This document shows positions 1 to 10,045 of a stretch of 64,000 bases of DNA, piece after piece. The stretch is from an uncultured Holophagales bacterium (lineage in GTDB: Bacteria > Acidobacteriota > Thermoanaerobaculia > Multivoradales > UBA5704), in the NCBI GenBank assembly GCA_963842525.1, contig CAWJGT010000011.1, positions 96,001-160,000 of the forward strand, written 5' to 3'. Position 1 is the stretch's first letter, and each line of letters begins with the position of its first letter. A model generated the notes under the pieces. That model saw nothing but the letters and a program-made list of their open reading frames with translations. It was not told the origin of the DNA and did not search any database. Position numbers and translations under genes: made by a program.

Positions 1-704
1 ATCTTCTGGTCGCGCAGGGCCACCTGGTATTCGGTGCCCTGGGCCGGCTGGGGGAGGCGGGGGTAGAAGAAGCCCTTGCCGTCGGCCGTCCAGGCCGCGC
101 AGCAGAGCTTGATCCATTTCAGCACATCGGGCAGGAGCTGGCCGGTCTCGACGTTGAGGACGCGCCAAGTCTGCCAGTCCGAACCCGCCTCGCTGATGGC
201 GTAGGCCACATAGCGGCCGTCGGGGCTCGCCTCGAAGTCGTCGACCGAAACGGACCCGTCCTTGGACCAGGGGTTGGGATCGAGGAGGACCCGGGGCTCG
301 TCGAGCAGGGAGGTCTGCACATAGAGGACCTCCAGGTTCTGGCGCCCGTCGTTGGCGAAGAAGAAATAGCGGCCGCCTTTCTTCTCGGGCACGGTGCGCC
401 GCTCGTAGCTCCACAGCTCCTCCACGCGCTGGCGGATCGCCGTCCGTTCCGGAATGGCCGCCAGCCAGGCGGAGGTGACCTTGTTCTGCGCCTCCACCCA
501 CTGGCGGACCTCGGGCGCCTGCCGCACGTCCGCTTCGAGCCAGCGGTAGGGGTCGGCCACCGGCACGCCGTGGTAGGTGTCGGTCTGGTCGACCCGCCGG
601 CTCGCGGGATAGTCGAGCGGGGCTCCGGCGAGCGGGCCGGCGAGGGCGAGGGCCAGGCAGAATGCAGCGGCCCGCGGGACGGAAACGAGGCAGTGTGAGC
701 GCAT
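1..704 (-). CDS. Prolyl oligopeptidase (S9A), secreted; 5' part only, continues off the window
   Basis: Manual translation: signal peptide, then YPASRRVDQTDTYHGVPVADPYRWLE...WVEAQN...SPDGRYVAYAISEAGSDW, typical of the POP N-terminus and propeller. GGAGGAG RBS upstream of the ATG at 704. Confidence 0.9.
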   Translation of the reverse strand, partial: MRSHCLVSVPRAAAFCLALALAGPLAGAPLDYPASRRVDQTDTYHGVPVADPYRWLEADVRQAPEVRQWVEAQNKVTSAWLAAIPERTAIRQRVEELWSYERRTVPEKKGGRYFFFANDGRQNLEVLYVQTSLLDEPRVLLDPNPWSKDGSVSVDDFEASPDGRYVAYAISEAGSDWQTWRVLNVETGQLLPDVLKWIKLCCAAWTADGKGFFYPRLPQPAQGTEYQVALRDQK

Positions 705-772
705 CGAAAGCTCCTCCGGTCGGGGTCCGGGCAAGGAGCATTCAGGATAGCAGGATGGGGGCGGAGGCCTGC

Positions 773-1291
773 TCACCTCTGTAGATGAGGCCCAAGCCCC
801 GACCAGCCCAGGGACCAGGAGACCAGCCAGTCGTCGCCGTTGCGGAAGATGCCGGCCCGGACCATGGAGTTGAAGATCGGGAAGACCAGGGTCTGTCCCT
901 CGAGGCCGACGTAGGTCTTGCCCGGATCGGCGTGCCAGGGATGGCCCCAGGTCCGCAGGACGGTCGCCCGGACCAGAGCGTGCCCATAGACCGAAACGGC
1001 CCCGTAGCCGGCGCTGAGCTTGCCGCCCCCGAGGCCGGGCTCGGCGGAAAGGACGAAGCCGGTCCCGCCGTAGGGGCTCGTGCTTTTCCCGACATAAAGG
1101 CCAAGGCCGGCGCTCAGCTTCTGCGGAGTCCCGGCCGACACGTCCGCAAGGGTCGTCACGACCCGCTTGCCCTTCCACGACGACGGCTCCGGATCGGAAG
1201 GCGTCTCCTGGGCTTCCTGGCCGAGGACGGCGGTCGCCGCGAGGAGAAGAGCCGGCAGGGCGGTCAGGACCACTCGGACGCGTGATCTCAT
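773..1291 (-). CDS. Hypothetical exported protein, beta-strand rich
   Basis: MRSRVRVVLTALPALLLAATAVLG signal peptide followed by alternating hydrophobic/Gly strands. Its start overlaps the stop of the upstream gene (ATGA). Confidence 0.65.
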   Translation of the reverse strand: MRSRVRVVLTALPALLLAATAVLGQEAQETPSDPEPSSWKGKRVVTTLADVSAGTPQKLSAGLGLYVGKSTSPYGGTGFVLSAEPGLGGGKLSAGYGAVSVYGHALVRATVLRTWGHPWHADPGKTYVGLEGQTLVFPIFNSMVRAGIFRNGDDWLVSWSLGWSGLGPHLQR

Positions 1292-1653
1292 GGCCGGATC
1301 TCGACTGCCGCTCCGTCGGGGACGGCGTCCCAGATCTCCTCGATCTCTTCGCTGGTGACCGCGATGCACCCTAACGTCCAGTCGGTCAGCCGGTGCCGTG
1401 AGCCGACTTCCGCTTGGCCGTTGGGCAGGCCGTGGATCATGATGTCGCCCCCCGGGGAGCAGCGGAGCTTGCGGGACTGCGCCCGATCCTCGGTGTTGGG
1501 ATAGGAGACGTGGAGGGACCGGTGGAACGCCGAATGCGGGTTCCGGTAGTCGATCCGGTAGATCCCTTCCGGCGTCCGCTTGTCCCCTTGGCACCGCTTC
1601 GGTTCGATCGGATTCGGGCATAGCGGTTCCGGTCCGGGTCCTGGTCGCTCCAT
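1288..1653 (-). CDS. L,D-transpeptidase (YkuD family) catalytic domain, apparently N-truncated
   Basis: GDKRTPEGIY...SLHVSYPN...GGDIMIHG...WTLGCIAV contains the conserved His/Cys catalytic motif. Confidence 0.85.
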   Translation of the reverse strand: MERPGPGPEPLCPNPIEPKRCQGDKRTPEGIYRIDYRNPHSAFHRSLHVSYPNTEDRAQSRKLRCSPGGDIMIHGLPNGQAEVGSRHRLTDWTLGCIAVTSEEIEEIWDAVPDGAAVEIRP

Positions 1654-1695
1654 CGTCGTCCTCGCTCTACGGGGATTGGACCGGGGCTGGGTGTG

Positions 1696-2328
1696 TCAGG
1701 TTCCCGGTGAATCCCCCCACCGCAGCCCCGGCTCGCCCGGCTCGGAAATGCCGAAGCAGTCGAGCACCCGCAGGGTGTAGTGGTCGAGGAAGCGGCCCAG
1801 GTTCTCGCCGCCGATGTAGAAGGCCGGGACGGGCGGGAGGAGGACGGCGCCGGCATAGGCGAGGCGGCGCATGTTCTCGATGTGGACGAGGCTGTAGGGG
1901 GTCTCGCGGAAGCCGAGGACCAGGGGCCAGCGCTCCTTCAGGGCGACGGCTCCGGCCCGGTGCACCAGGGTGCGGGCGGAGCCGGACGCGAGCGCTCCGA
2001 GGGTGCCGGCGCTGCAGGGGAGGATCAGGGTGCCGGTCAGCCGGTAGGAGCCGGAGGCGATGGGCGCATCGAGCTCGTTGTCGCGGTGGGTGCGGACTTT
2101 TTCCCGTGCTTCGGGAGGCAGGCCGGCCGCGTCGGCCAGATCGTCGGCGCCGGTCTTGTCCGGCCCGAGCTCGTGGCGGAGCACCTGGCTCGCCCCGGCC
2201 GAGGCGACGAGATGGATACGCTCGATCTCCGGATGGGCCGCCAGCCGGCCCAGCACATGGCGGGGCAGGAGCATCCCGGAGGCGCCGGAGACCAGCAGGG
2301 CGACGCGGTGCGGCATGGCCGGCGCCAT
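1696..2328 (-). CDS. ubiX: UbiX-family flavin prenyltransferase
   Basis: SGASG, APIASGS, PCSAGTL, ALKERWPLVLGFRETP and PPVPAFY motifs. Confidence 0.88.
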   Translation of the reverse strand: MAPAMPHRVALLVSGASGMLLPRHVLGRLAAHPEIERIHLVASAGASQVLRHELGPDKTGADDLADAAGLPPEAREKVRTHRDNELDAPIASGSYRLTGTLILPCSAGTLGALASGSARTLVHRAGAVALKERWPLVLGFRETPYSLVHIENMRRLAYAGAVLLPPVPAFYIGGENLGRFLDHYTLRVLDCFGISEPGEPGLRWGDSPGT

Positions 2329-2404
2329 CGTAACATCCCACTCCTGCGTATAAGACCGTAGTAGTGAGCCAGCGGCCGGATCCCGCTGGCCCGGAGGTGC
2401 CTGG

Positions 2405-4411
2405 ATGAGCCTCTTCCGAGATGTCCGTTACGCCGTGCGGAGCCTGGCGCGGGCTCCCGCGCTCACCGCCGTCACCTTGACGATCCTGACCCTCGGGATC
2501 GGCGCCAACGTCACCATCTTCACCCTGGTCGACCGCCTCTTCCTCGAGCCGCCGCCCGGGATCGCCGAGCCGGAGCGGCTGGTGCGCCTCGGCCGGTTCG
2601 ACAAGGAAGACCCGGAGGCGTGGTGGGGCTATCCGGACTTTGCCTACTTCCGGGAACGCAACCAGGCCTTCTCGGACCTGGCTGCCTACTCCCCGGGGAC
2701 GAACGCCCTCACGGCGATGACGGCCCAGGCGAGCCTGGACAACCAGTCGGCGGCGCTCGCCCGGGATTTTCCGGAGTCGGTGCGCGAGGGCCAGGGCGTG
2801 AGAGTCCTCCCCTCCTTCCAACGTTTTCCCGGTATCCATGATCAGCTTGGGCGGCTCCTGCGGCTGCTCTCGGCCGTGGTCGCCCTGGTGCTGCTGGTGG
2901 CCAGCGCCAATGTGGCGATCCTGCTCCTGGCCCGGGCCATCGGACGGAGCCGGGACTTCGGTGTGCGGGTGGCCCTCGGGGCGAGCCGGCGACGGATCGC
3001 ATACCAGCTCCTCCTGGAGGGCCTGCTGCTGGCCTTCGCCGGAGGCGCCGCCGGCTACCTTCTGGCTTTCTGGTCGGCCGGACTGGCCGCAAAAATGCTG
3101 CCGTTCCAATTCGCGGTGAAGCCCACTCCGGATCTCCGGGTGCTCGGCTTCACGCTCGGCGTTGCCGTGCTGGCAGCCCTCCTTTTTGGCTTGGCTCCGG
3201 CGCTCCAGGCCCGGCGCGTGGACATGGCCGTGGTGATCAAGGAAGGGGAGCCGGCCAGCGGACGCTCGCCGTGGCTCAATGCCCTGGTGACCATCCAGGT
3301 GGCGCTGTCGATCGTCCTGGCCACGGGCGCCCTGCTCTTCGTCCGCAGCCTGCGGGCCGCCGAGTCGGTGGACCTCGGGTTCGCGACCGAGGGGCGGCTT
3401 TTGGTCACCGTCGACCTGGCCCACCGCCGCTACGGGGAGCAGGGGATCGCGCGGTTCCTCGATCAGGCCTTGGACCGGGTGTCGGTGCTGCCCGGAGTGC
3501 GGCGGGCTTCGGCCATGCTCAACCAGCCGTTCGGAAGCAGTTGGAGGACCAGCATCGGCGAGCCGCCGGACGAGGGCCTGACCGTCAGCCTGAATGGGGT
3601 TGGCCCGGGCTATTTCGAAGCCATGGGCATCCCGCTCCTGGCCGGGCGCGGATTCGGGCCGCAGGACCGGACCGGGTCGTCGAAGGTGGCGGTCCTCAAC
3701 CAGGCCGCCGCGGCGAAGCTCTTCCCGCGGGCCCCGGCGGTGGGCCGGACGTTCCAGAGCGGGAGCCTGGGGGCGATCACGGTCGTCGGCCTGGCCCGGA
3801 ACGCCCAGTACCACGACCTGGGGGAGGAGCCGGTCCCCCATATCTATCTGCCGTTCCTCCAGACGGGCCGCGAGCGATTCCACCTGCTGGTGCAGACCGC
3901 CGGCGAGCCGGAAGCCCTGGCGCGGCCGGTAGAGCAGGCGCTCTATGCCATCGATCCGTATGTCACCGTGGCGCAGACCAGGACGATGGAGAAGGCGGTC
4001 GAGAAGGAGCTGGTCCGGTATCGGGTGAGCGCTACGCTTGTCGCCCTCTTCGCCGTGCTGGCGCTGGCGCTGGCCGCGGTGGGCCTCTATGGCGTCCTGT
4101 CCTATCTGGTGGCGCGCCGGCGGAGGGTCCTGGGAATCCAGATGGCCCTGGGAGCCACGACGCAGCACGTGGTGCGCTCGGTCCTGCGCCGTGGGCTGAC
4201 GCTGGCGGGCGCCGGCATCGTCCTCGGCATGGTGGCGGCCTGGTGGGCCTCGCAGTGGATCGCGAGCTTCCTGTTCGGCATCGACCCGCGGGACCCGGTG
4301 AGCTTCCTGGCGGTGCCGGCAATCCTGGTGACAGTGGCCTGCCTCTCCAGCGCGATTCCCGCACTGCGGGCGGCGCGGGTCGACCCTGCGGGGGTGCTGC
4401 GGGAGGAGTAG
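2405..4411 (+). CDS. ABC transporter permease (MacB/FtsX, acidobacterial ADOP type)
   Basis: DVRYAVRSL...LGIGANVTIF, GVRVALGASR, QVALSIVL, AAVGLYGVLSY and RAARVDP motifs. Confidence 0.9.
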   Translation: MSLFRDVRYAVRSLARAPALTAVTLTILTLGIGANVTIFTLVDRLFLEPPPGIAEPERLVRLGRFDKEDPEAWWGYPDFAYFRERNQAFSDLAAYSPGTNALTAMTAQASLDNQSAALARDFPESVREGQGVRVLPSFQRFPGIHDQLGRLLRLLSAVVALVLLVASANVAILLLARAIGRSRDFGVRVALGASRRRIAYQLLLEGLLLAFAGGAAGYLLAFWSAGLAAKMLPFQFAVKPTPDLRVLGFTLGVAVLAALLFGLAPALQARRVDMAVVIKEGEPASGRSPWLNALVTIQVALSIVLATGALLFVRSLRAAESVDLGFATEGRLLVTVDLAHRRYGEQGIARFLDQALDRVSVLPGVRRASAMLNQPFGSSWRTSIGEPPDEGLTVSLNGVGPGYFEAMGIPLLAGRGFGPQDRTGSSKVAVLNQAAAAKLFPRAPAVGRTFQSGSLGAITVVGLARNAQYHDLGEEPVPHIYLPFLQTGRERFHLLVQTAGEPEALARPVEQALYAIDPYVTVAQTRTMEKAVEKELVRYRVSATLVALFAVLALALAAVGLYGVLSYLVARRRRVLGIQMALGATTQHVVRSVLRRGLTLAGAGIVLGMVAAWWASQWIASFLFGIDPRDPVSFLAVPAILVTVACLSSAIPALRAARVDPAGVLREE

Positions 4412-4532
4412 GCGGGAGGGTGATGCGAGGACGAGAGGGGTTCGGGGACCGGCTCGTCGAGGACCGCGGATCACGGGCGGCACCGGAGCACGCGAGCTCG
4501 GGGGGAGGGCGCGCCCCTTGTGGGCGCCGGTG

Positions 4533-5309
4533 CGTAGCCCCGGGTTTCAACCCGGGGTGACGGAGACGACCCCCATTCCCCCTTGGCCCCTTCAGGGGCG
4601 TCGGCATGGTCGCCTGATGGCATGTGATGGCGTATCCCATCCCCCCTCCACCTGCCAAAATCTTCAGATGACGTCCTCCGTTTGGCGCCGGTTTTCGCAT
4701 TCCGATATTCTTTGGCCAAATCGGATCACATGGGCCGGCGCCACAACACGATACGTGTGCGCATGAAACCGGAAGGGCAGGAGAGACGATGGCCAAGACC
4801 TATACGAAGCTCATCTATCACATCGTGTTCAGCACGAAGGAGCGGGCTCCGTTGATCACCGAAGAGATCCGGGACCGGCTGTACCCATACCTCGGTGGTG
4901 TCATTCGAGGAGAAAAGGGGAGCCTCATGGAGATCGGCGGCGTGGCGGATCATGTTCATCTCCTCGCCCGGTTTGGGGCGGCCATCGCCGTCTCGGACAT
5001 GGTCCAACGCATCAAGGGCAACTCCTCCCACTGGCTGAATCAGCAGCCCGGATTCTGGTTCGCCTGGCAAAATGGGTACGGTGCCTTCACGGTCAGCGAG
5101 TCTCAGATGTCGGCCGGTCCGGAAGTACATCCAACGTCAGGAGGAGCATCACAAACGGGTGTCTTTCAAGGACGAGCTCATCTCCCTCCTGCGCAAACAT
5201 CGAATCGATTTCGACGAAAACGAGATTCTCGATTAGACCCCCCGTCGCCCCTGAAGGGCTCAGGGATGATGGGGGCCTCCGCGACCCCGGGTTGAAACCC
5301 GGGGCTACG
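4533..5309. mobile_element. Y1 HUH transposase element flanked by ~70-bp imperfect inverted repeats containing GTAG-headed hairpins
   Basis: 4533-4604 (cgtagccccgggtttcaacccgggg...gccccttcaggggc) is mirrored by 5241-5309 (gcccctgaagggc...ccccgggttgaaacccggggctacg). Confidence 0.8.
4789..5236 (+). CDS. tnpA: IS200/IS605-like / REP-associated tyrosine (Y1) transposase, frameshift near 5113
   Basis: YHIVFSTKER, DHVHLL (HUH motif), WQNGYGAFTVS. Continues in another frame as VRKYIQRQEEHHKRVSFKDELISLL to the TAG at 5236. Confidence 0.88.
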
Positions 5310-5399
5310 CGCCCGCGCCCTCGTCTCGGCGCTGCTGCCATTGCGAACCGAGAAAAGCCCTGGCGGCCTTCCGCGCCAGCACATCCATGTCAAATCGGC

Positions 5400-5590
5400 C
5401 CTGATCTTCCTTCGTTCTGTCCTCATCTTCCTCGTCCGGTCCTCATCTTCGAACGACCAGCTCTGGTCCGGGATGGGTGTCCGTAGATCTTCATAGGACG
5501 ACCCTCATCCAAGCTGGATCAGGCCAGATCCGTCCTCGATCTCGCCTGATCGGCGTTCGACATCAGGATCTTCGGGCGGATCTGCCTCTG
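5400..5590. repeat. Degenerate tandem array, ~20-21 bp period
   Basis: An ATC core (GTC at 5466) recurs at 5404, 5425, 5445, 5466, 5487, 5507, 5528, 5549 and 5568. Confidence 0.6.
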
Positions 5591-5617
5591 TTAGCATCCC
5601 GCAGCGAGGAAATCCCG

Positions 5618-7383
5618 GTGCCGATCCGTTTCCTGAAGCCTCTGGAGTGGCTGATCCTGGCCGCCTTGCTGGCCCTGGCCGTGGCCCGGGCTTCGCTCCC
5701 CCTGTCGCACGACGACCTGTTCGGGCATCTGCGGACGGGGGAGTGGATCGCCGAGCACCGGGAAGTGCCTCTCGTCGATCCCTTCTCCTACACCCGTTCA
5801 GGGGTGCGGTGGATCACCCACGAGTGGTGTTTTCTCCCTGCTGGCCTGGGGGATCTGGTCGCTCGGCGGCGACCCGGGGTTGATCGCGGCGCGGGTCCTT
5901 CTGGTCCTCGCGATCGGTCTCGTCGTGGGGCAGCGGATGCTGGCGGAGGCGAAGACGCGGTCCGTGCCGTGGATGGCGGCTCTCCTCGGGCTGGGCCTCT
6001 GGGCGGTCGCCAGGGAGCTGATCCTGCGCGCGGCCCTGGGCAGCGAGCTCTTCCTCTCTGTGACGTTTTGCTCCTGGCCCGGTACCGCCAGACGGGCGCG
6101 CGGCGGTTCCTGATCGTCCTGCCGTTCCTTTTTCTTCTGTGGGGAAACTTCCACTCCGGGAGTGATCTTCGGACTCTACGTCCTGGGCCTCGTCGCGCTG
6201 GAGACTCTGGTGACCGGGCCGCAGCGAATCCGGCGGGCCCTTCCTCATCTTGATAGCGCTGGGAGCGTGCGCGCTCGCCAGCCTGCTCAATCCGAACGGG
6301 ATCGAGGTCTGGCTGTATCCGTGGAAGCTGAGCCGGCTGCTCTTCGCGAGCGGCATCGCCTGGGACCTGGGACATTTCGCGGCGGCGCGCCCGTGGGAGA
6401 GCCCACCCTTCCTGCTGCTCTTCCTGCTTCTGCTCGGCGGCCTCCTCCCTCTGCGGCGCCTGCGCGAGCTGTCGCTTCCGAGATCCTGGGGATCGCGACC
6501 TTCCTCGTTCTTTCGATCCGGACACCGCGGTTTGTCTTCCACTTCGCGGTCCTCGCGCTGCCGGCGATCTACCGCCTGCTGGCGGACCGCCCTCTCGGAT
6601 GGAATTGAATGGAGCCCGGCGTTCCGCCGCACCCTGTCCGCTGGCGTGCCGGCCGTGCTCGCTCTGACCGCTCTTCTGGCCTGGATGGGCCACCCCCGGC
6701 GGTTGGTCGATCCGCGGCTCCCGGAGGGTGCGGTCCGTTTCCTGGAGACGGAGAGGATCGAGGGCCGGATCTTCAACCACCAGAATTTCGGCGGCTATCT
6801 CCTCTGGCGGGCGCGGGTGCCGGTCTTCTGGGACGGCCGCAACGACGTCTTCGCCCCGCTGGTGCGGGAAGTCACGACCACGCCTTTTCCTGAGATTGCC
6901 GACCGCTACGGGATCGACGTTCTCCTGATCACCGAGCGCGAAGCCGAGGGCCTCCTCCCTCCCAGTGGGGGTTGGTCTATTGGGACGACGACAGCGCGGT
7001 CTATCTTCGGCGGGATCGCTTTGCATCGTTCCTGGCGCGGAACGAGCTGCGGCTTTTCCCCGGCTTCGGCGGTCGTCCGGGCCTGGAGCAGCTCGCCCGC
7101 GATCCCCGCCTCGCGACCGGCAGCCTTCGCCGAGCTGGGCCGGTTGCTCGCAGTCCACCCGGAGAACCAGCGGGCCCTCTACTTCCGCGGCGTGCTCCGC
7201 CTCTATCAAGGGGACCTGGAGAACGCCCGCCGCGACCTGGAGGCGGCTCTGGCGATCCGGGAGAACGATCAGGTGCGGAAGGCGTTGGAGGCGGTCGCGG
7301 AGACAGATGACCTCTACGCCCCGAAGAACTTCCTGACCTCCGCGCAGACCTGCTCCACCTGCTCGTTGGTCAGCTCGGGGTAG
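5618..7383 (+). CDS. Polytopic membrane protein, GT-C-like, with C-terminal TPR; several frameshifts
   Basis: DDLFGHLRTGEWI...DPFSYT...WITHEW, LWGNFHSG, SLLNPNG, NFGGYLLW...VFWDGRND pieces in successive frames, then a TPR segment (ALYFRGVLRLYQGDLENARRDLEAAL). Confidence 0.7.
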
Positions 7384-8423
7384 ATGGGCAGGCAGAGGAC
7401 CTCGCGGGCGGCGGCGGTAGAGACGGGGAGGTCGCCGTCCCGGACGTCGACCAGGCCTGCGAGGGCCGGCAACTGGTGGAGCGGCGCGGGGTAGTGGACC
7501 GCGGAGGCGATGCCGGCGGCCTTCAGGTGCTCCATCAGGGCGTCGCGCCGGGCGGTGCGGATCGTCATCTGGTGGTAGACGGAGAGCACGCCCTCGCGGT
7601 CCGGCAGGAGCTGGACGTCGCCGGCTCCGGCGAGGCCGCCGTAGTAGCGGCAGGCGAGCTCGCGGCGGCGGGCGTTGTCCTCCTCCAGCAGCGCCAGGCG
7701 GCAGTTGAGGACCGCCGCCTGCAGGCTGTCCAGGCGGCTGTTGGTGCCGACCAGGACGTGGTGATAGCGCGAGGTCTGGCCGTGGTTGGCCAGGAGCCGC
7801 ACCCGGTCGAGCAGGCCGCGGTCGTTGCCGGTCACCGCGCCGCCGTCCCCGAAGCAGCCGAGGTTCTTGGTGGGATAGAAGCTCCAGGCCGCGAGCTTCC
7901 CGAAGCCGCCGACCCGCCGGCCCTTGAAGCGCGCGCCGTGCGCCTGGGCCGCATCCTCCACCAGCCAGAGCCCCCGCTTCTCGCAGAGCGCCAGGAGCGC
8001 GTCCACGTCGAACGGCCGGCCATAGAGGTGGACCGGCAGGAGGCCCACGGTGCGGTCGGTGACGCGCGCCTCGGCATCGGCCGGATCGAGGTTCAGGGTC
8101 TGCGGATCGACGTCGGCGAGGACGGGCTTGCCGCCGAGGAGAGCCACCGCCTCGGCCGTGGCGAAAAAGCTGAAGGCCGGGACGATCACCTCGTCGCCGG
8201 GCTGGAGGTCCAAGGCGCGCAAGGCGAGGACGAGGCCGTCGGTACCGTTGGCAACGGCCACGCAGCCGGCGACCTCCTGGTAGGCCGCGAAGGCGTTTTC
8301 GAATTCCCGGACTTCGGGACCGAGGACGTACGAGCTCTCGTCGAGGATGCGCTTCCAGCGCTCTTCGAGCTGCGGAGAGATGCGTGCCCGGGCACGGGAG
8401 AGGTCGAGGATGGGGACGTTCAT
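7314..8423 (-). CDS. DegT/DnrJ/EryC1/StrS PLP-dependent sugar aminotransferase
   Basis: GDEVIVP, PVHLYG, EDAAQAHGA, SFYPTKNLGCFGDGG and NSRLD motifs. Confidence 0.95.
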   Translation of the reverse strand: MNVPILDLSRARARISPQLEERWKRILDESSYVLGPEVREFENAFAAYQEVAGCVAVANGTDGLVLALRALDLQPGDEVIVPAFSFFATAEAVALLGGKPVLADVDPQTLNLDPADAEARVTDRTVGLLPVHLYGRPFDVDALLALCEKRGLWLVEDAAQAHGARFKGRRVGGFGKLAAWSFYPTKNLGCFGDGGAVTGNDRGLLDRVRLLANHGQTSRYHHVLVGTNSRLDSLQAAVLNCRLALLEEDNARRRELACRYYGGLAGAGDVQLLPDREGVLSVYHQMTIRTARRDALMEHLKAAGIASAVHYPAPLHQLPALAGLVDVRDGDLPVSTAAAREVLCLPIYPELTNEQVEQVCAEVRKFFGA

Positions 8424-8443
8424 CGCGGAGGGATTGTACTCGC

Positions 8444-8502
8444 GTTCCCCCTCTCCCGGCGGGGGGTGGAAGGGAGATGGGAGAGGGGGCCAGGGGGTGA
8501 GG
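8444..8502. repeat. CCCCTCTCCC...GGGAGAGGGG palindromic interspersed repeat
   Basis: Near-identical copies at 13213-13271 and (reverse strand) 39721-39780. A related subtype lies at 11093-11137 and 14052-14095. Confidence 0.8.
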
Positions 8503-10026
8503 ATGTATACTCCCGCGATGCTTTCCCGTCTGCGCTTCTACTGGGTCGTCGCGGCCTGTGGCGCGATTCTCATGGCTCTGGAGATCCTCTCGAGCCGGGT
8601 CCTGGCACCCCACTTCGGCAACAGTGTCTACGTGTGGGGCTCGATCATCAGCGTCTTCCTGGCCGCCCTGTCGCTCGGCTATGTGTGGGGTGGCCGGCTG
8701 GCGGACCGGCATCCGTCCATGGCGGCCCTGGGCCGGCTGGTCGTCCTCGCCGCCCTGTTCCAGGCGGTCGTGCTGGTGGCCGGATCGCGTCTGGCGGCCT
8801 GGCTGGGCGAGCTGACCGGCGGCACGCCGGCCGGCACGCTCCTCGCCACGGCCGTGCTGTTCGGTCCGGCGAGCGTGCTGCTCGCCACGGTCTCTCCCTA
8901 TGCCGTGCGCCTGGCGGCCCGCGACCTCGGCCGGCTCGGCAACACGGCCGGGCGGCTCTACGCCCTGTCGACCCTGGGCAGCCTGGCGGGCACTCTCGGC
9001 TGCACCTTCGTGCTGATTCCGTTCCTCGAGCTACGGCAGATCGTCGGCCTGCTGACGGCGGCCACGGCCGCGACGGCGGCGATCTCGCTGGCCGGGTCGC
9101 TGCGCAGCGAGGTGCCGGCCGCGGCGCTGGCGGCCCTGCTCCTCGTCCTGGCTGTTCCCGCGGCCTCCCTGCCCGAGCGCCTCCAGGAGGGCGTGATCTA
9201 CGAGCGGGTCACCCCCTACCAGACGCTCCAGGTCCGGGAGCGGGACGGCGTCCGCATCCTGGAGAGCGACCGCATCTGGCAGGCCGCGGTCCGCCTCTCG
9301 GACGGCGAATCCATGCTCCCCTATGCGCGGTACGCGGCCGGCGGCTTCCTGGTCCAGCCGCGGCTCCGGCGCATGCTGGTCATCGGTCTCGGCGGGGGCA
9401 GCATCGGTGGGCATCTGCAGCGGCAGATCCCAGGCCTCGAGATCGACTACGTCGACATCGATCCCGCCGTGCCCGAGGTCGCCCGGCGCTTCCTCGCCTT
9501 CCGGGAGGGGCCGCGCACGCGGGTGTTCGTCGCCGACGGCCGCAACTTCCTGCGCGGCTCGAAGCAGCGGTGGGACTACATCTTCGGCGACGCCTACATC
9601 GGGCTGTCCGTGCCGTTCCACCTGACCACGATCGAGTTCCTGGACGAGGTCAAGCGCCACCTCGAGCCTGGCGGCGTCTTCGGGCTCAACGTGGCGGGAG
9701 GGCTCTCACACCCCTTCTCGCAGGCCATGTACCGCACGGTCCGGGAGCGCTTCAGGTCGGTCTACCTGCTGCGGGTGCCGGATTCGCTGAACGCGGTGGT
9801 GATCGCGAGCGATTTCCCGGAGCTGACGACCGCCGAGCTGGTCGCCCGCGGCCGGGAGCTCGACCGGCGCTGGCGGCTGGAGCCCTCCTTCGCCGAAATC
9901 GCCTCCCACCGCCAGGCCGTCGACTTCGTCAGCTCGGAGGTGCCGGTGCTCTCCGACGAGTTCGCGCCGGTCGACCGGTTGATCAACCTGGGAGTCAGAG
10001 ACCGGGCTCCCGACGTAGGCCGGTGA
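8503..10026 (+). CDS. Fused MFS-like membrane domain / spermidine synthase-like methyltransferase
   Basis: LEILSSRVLAPHFGNSVYVW...GRLYALSTLGS membrane part, then VIGLGGGS, VDIDP, DGRNFL, PFHLTTIEF. Confidence 0.9.
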   Translation: MYTPAMLSRLRFYWVVAACGAILMALEILSSRVLAPHFGNSVYVWGSIISVFLAALSLGYVWGGRLADRHPSMAALGRLVVLAALFQAVVLVAGSRLAAWLGELTGGTPAGTLLATAVLFGPASVLLATVSPYAVRLAARDLGRLGNTAGRLYALSTLGSLAGTLGCTFVLIPFLELRQIVGLLTAATAATAAISLAGSLRSEVPAAALAALLLVLAVPAASLPERLQEGVIYERVTPYQTLQVRERDGVRILESDRIWQAAVRLSDGESMLPYARYAAGGFLVQPRLRRMLVIGLGGGSIGGHLQRQIPGLEIDYVDIDPAVPEVARRFLAFREGPRTRVFVADGRNFLRGSKQRWDYIFGDAYIGLSVPFHLTTIEFLDEVKRHLEPGGVFGLNVAGGLSHPFSQAMYRTVRERFRSVYLLRVPDSLNAVVIASDFPELTTAELVARGRELDRRWRLEPSFAEIASHRQAVDFVSSEVPVLSDEFAPVDRLINLGVRDRAPDVGR

Positions 10027-10045
10027 CCCGGGCGGTCACCCGCGG

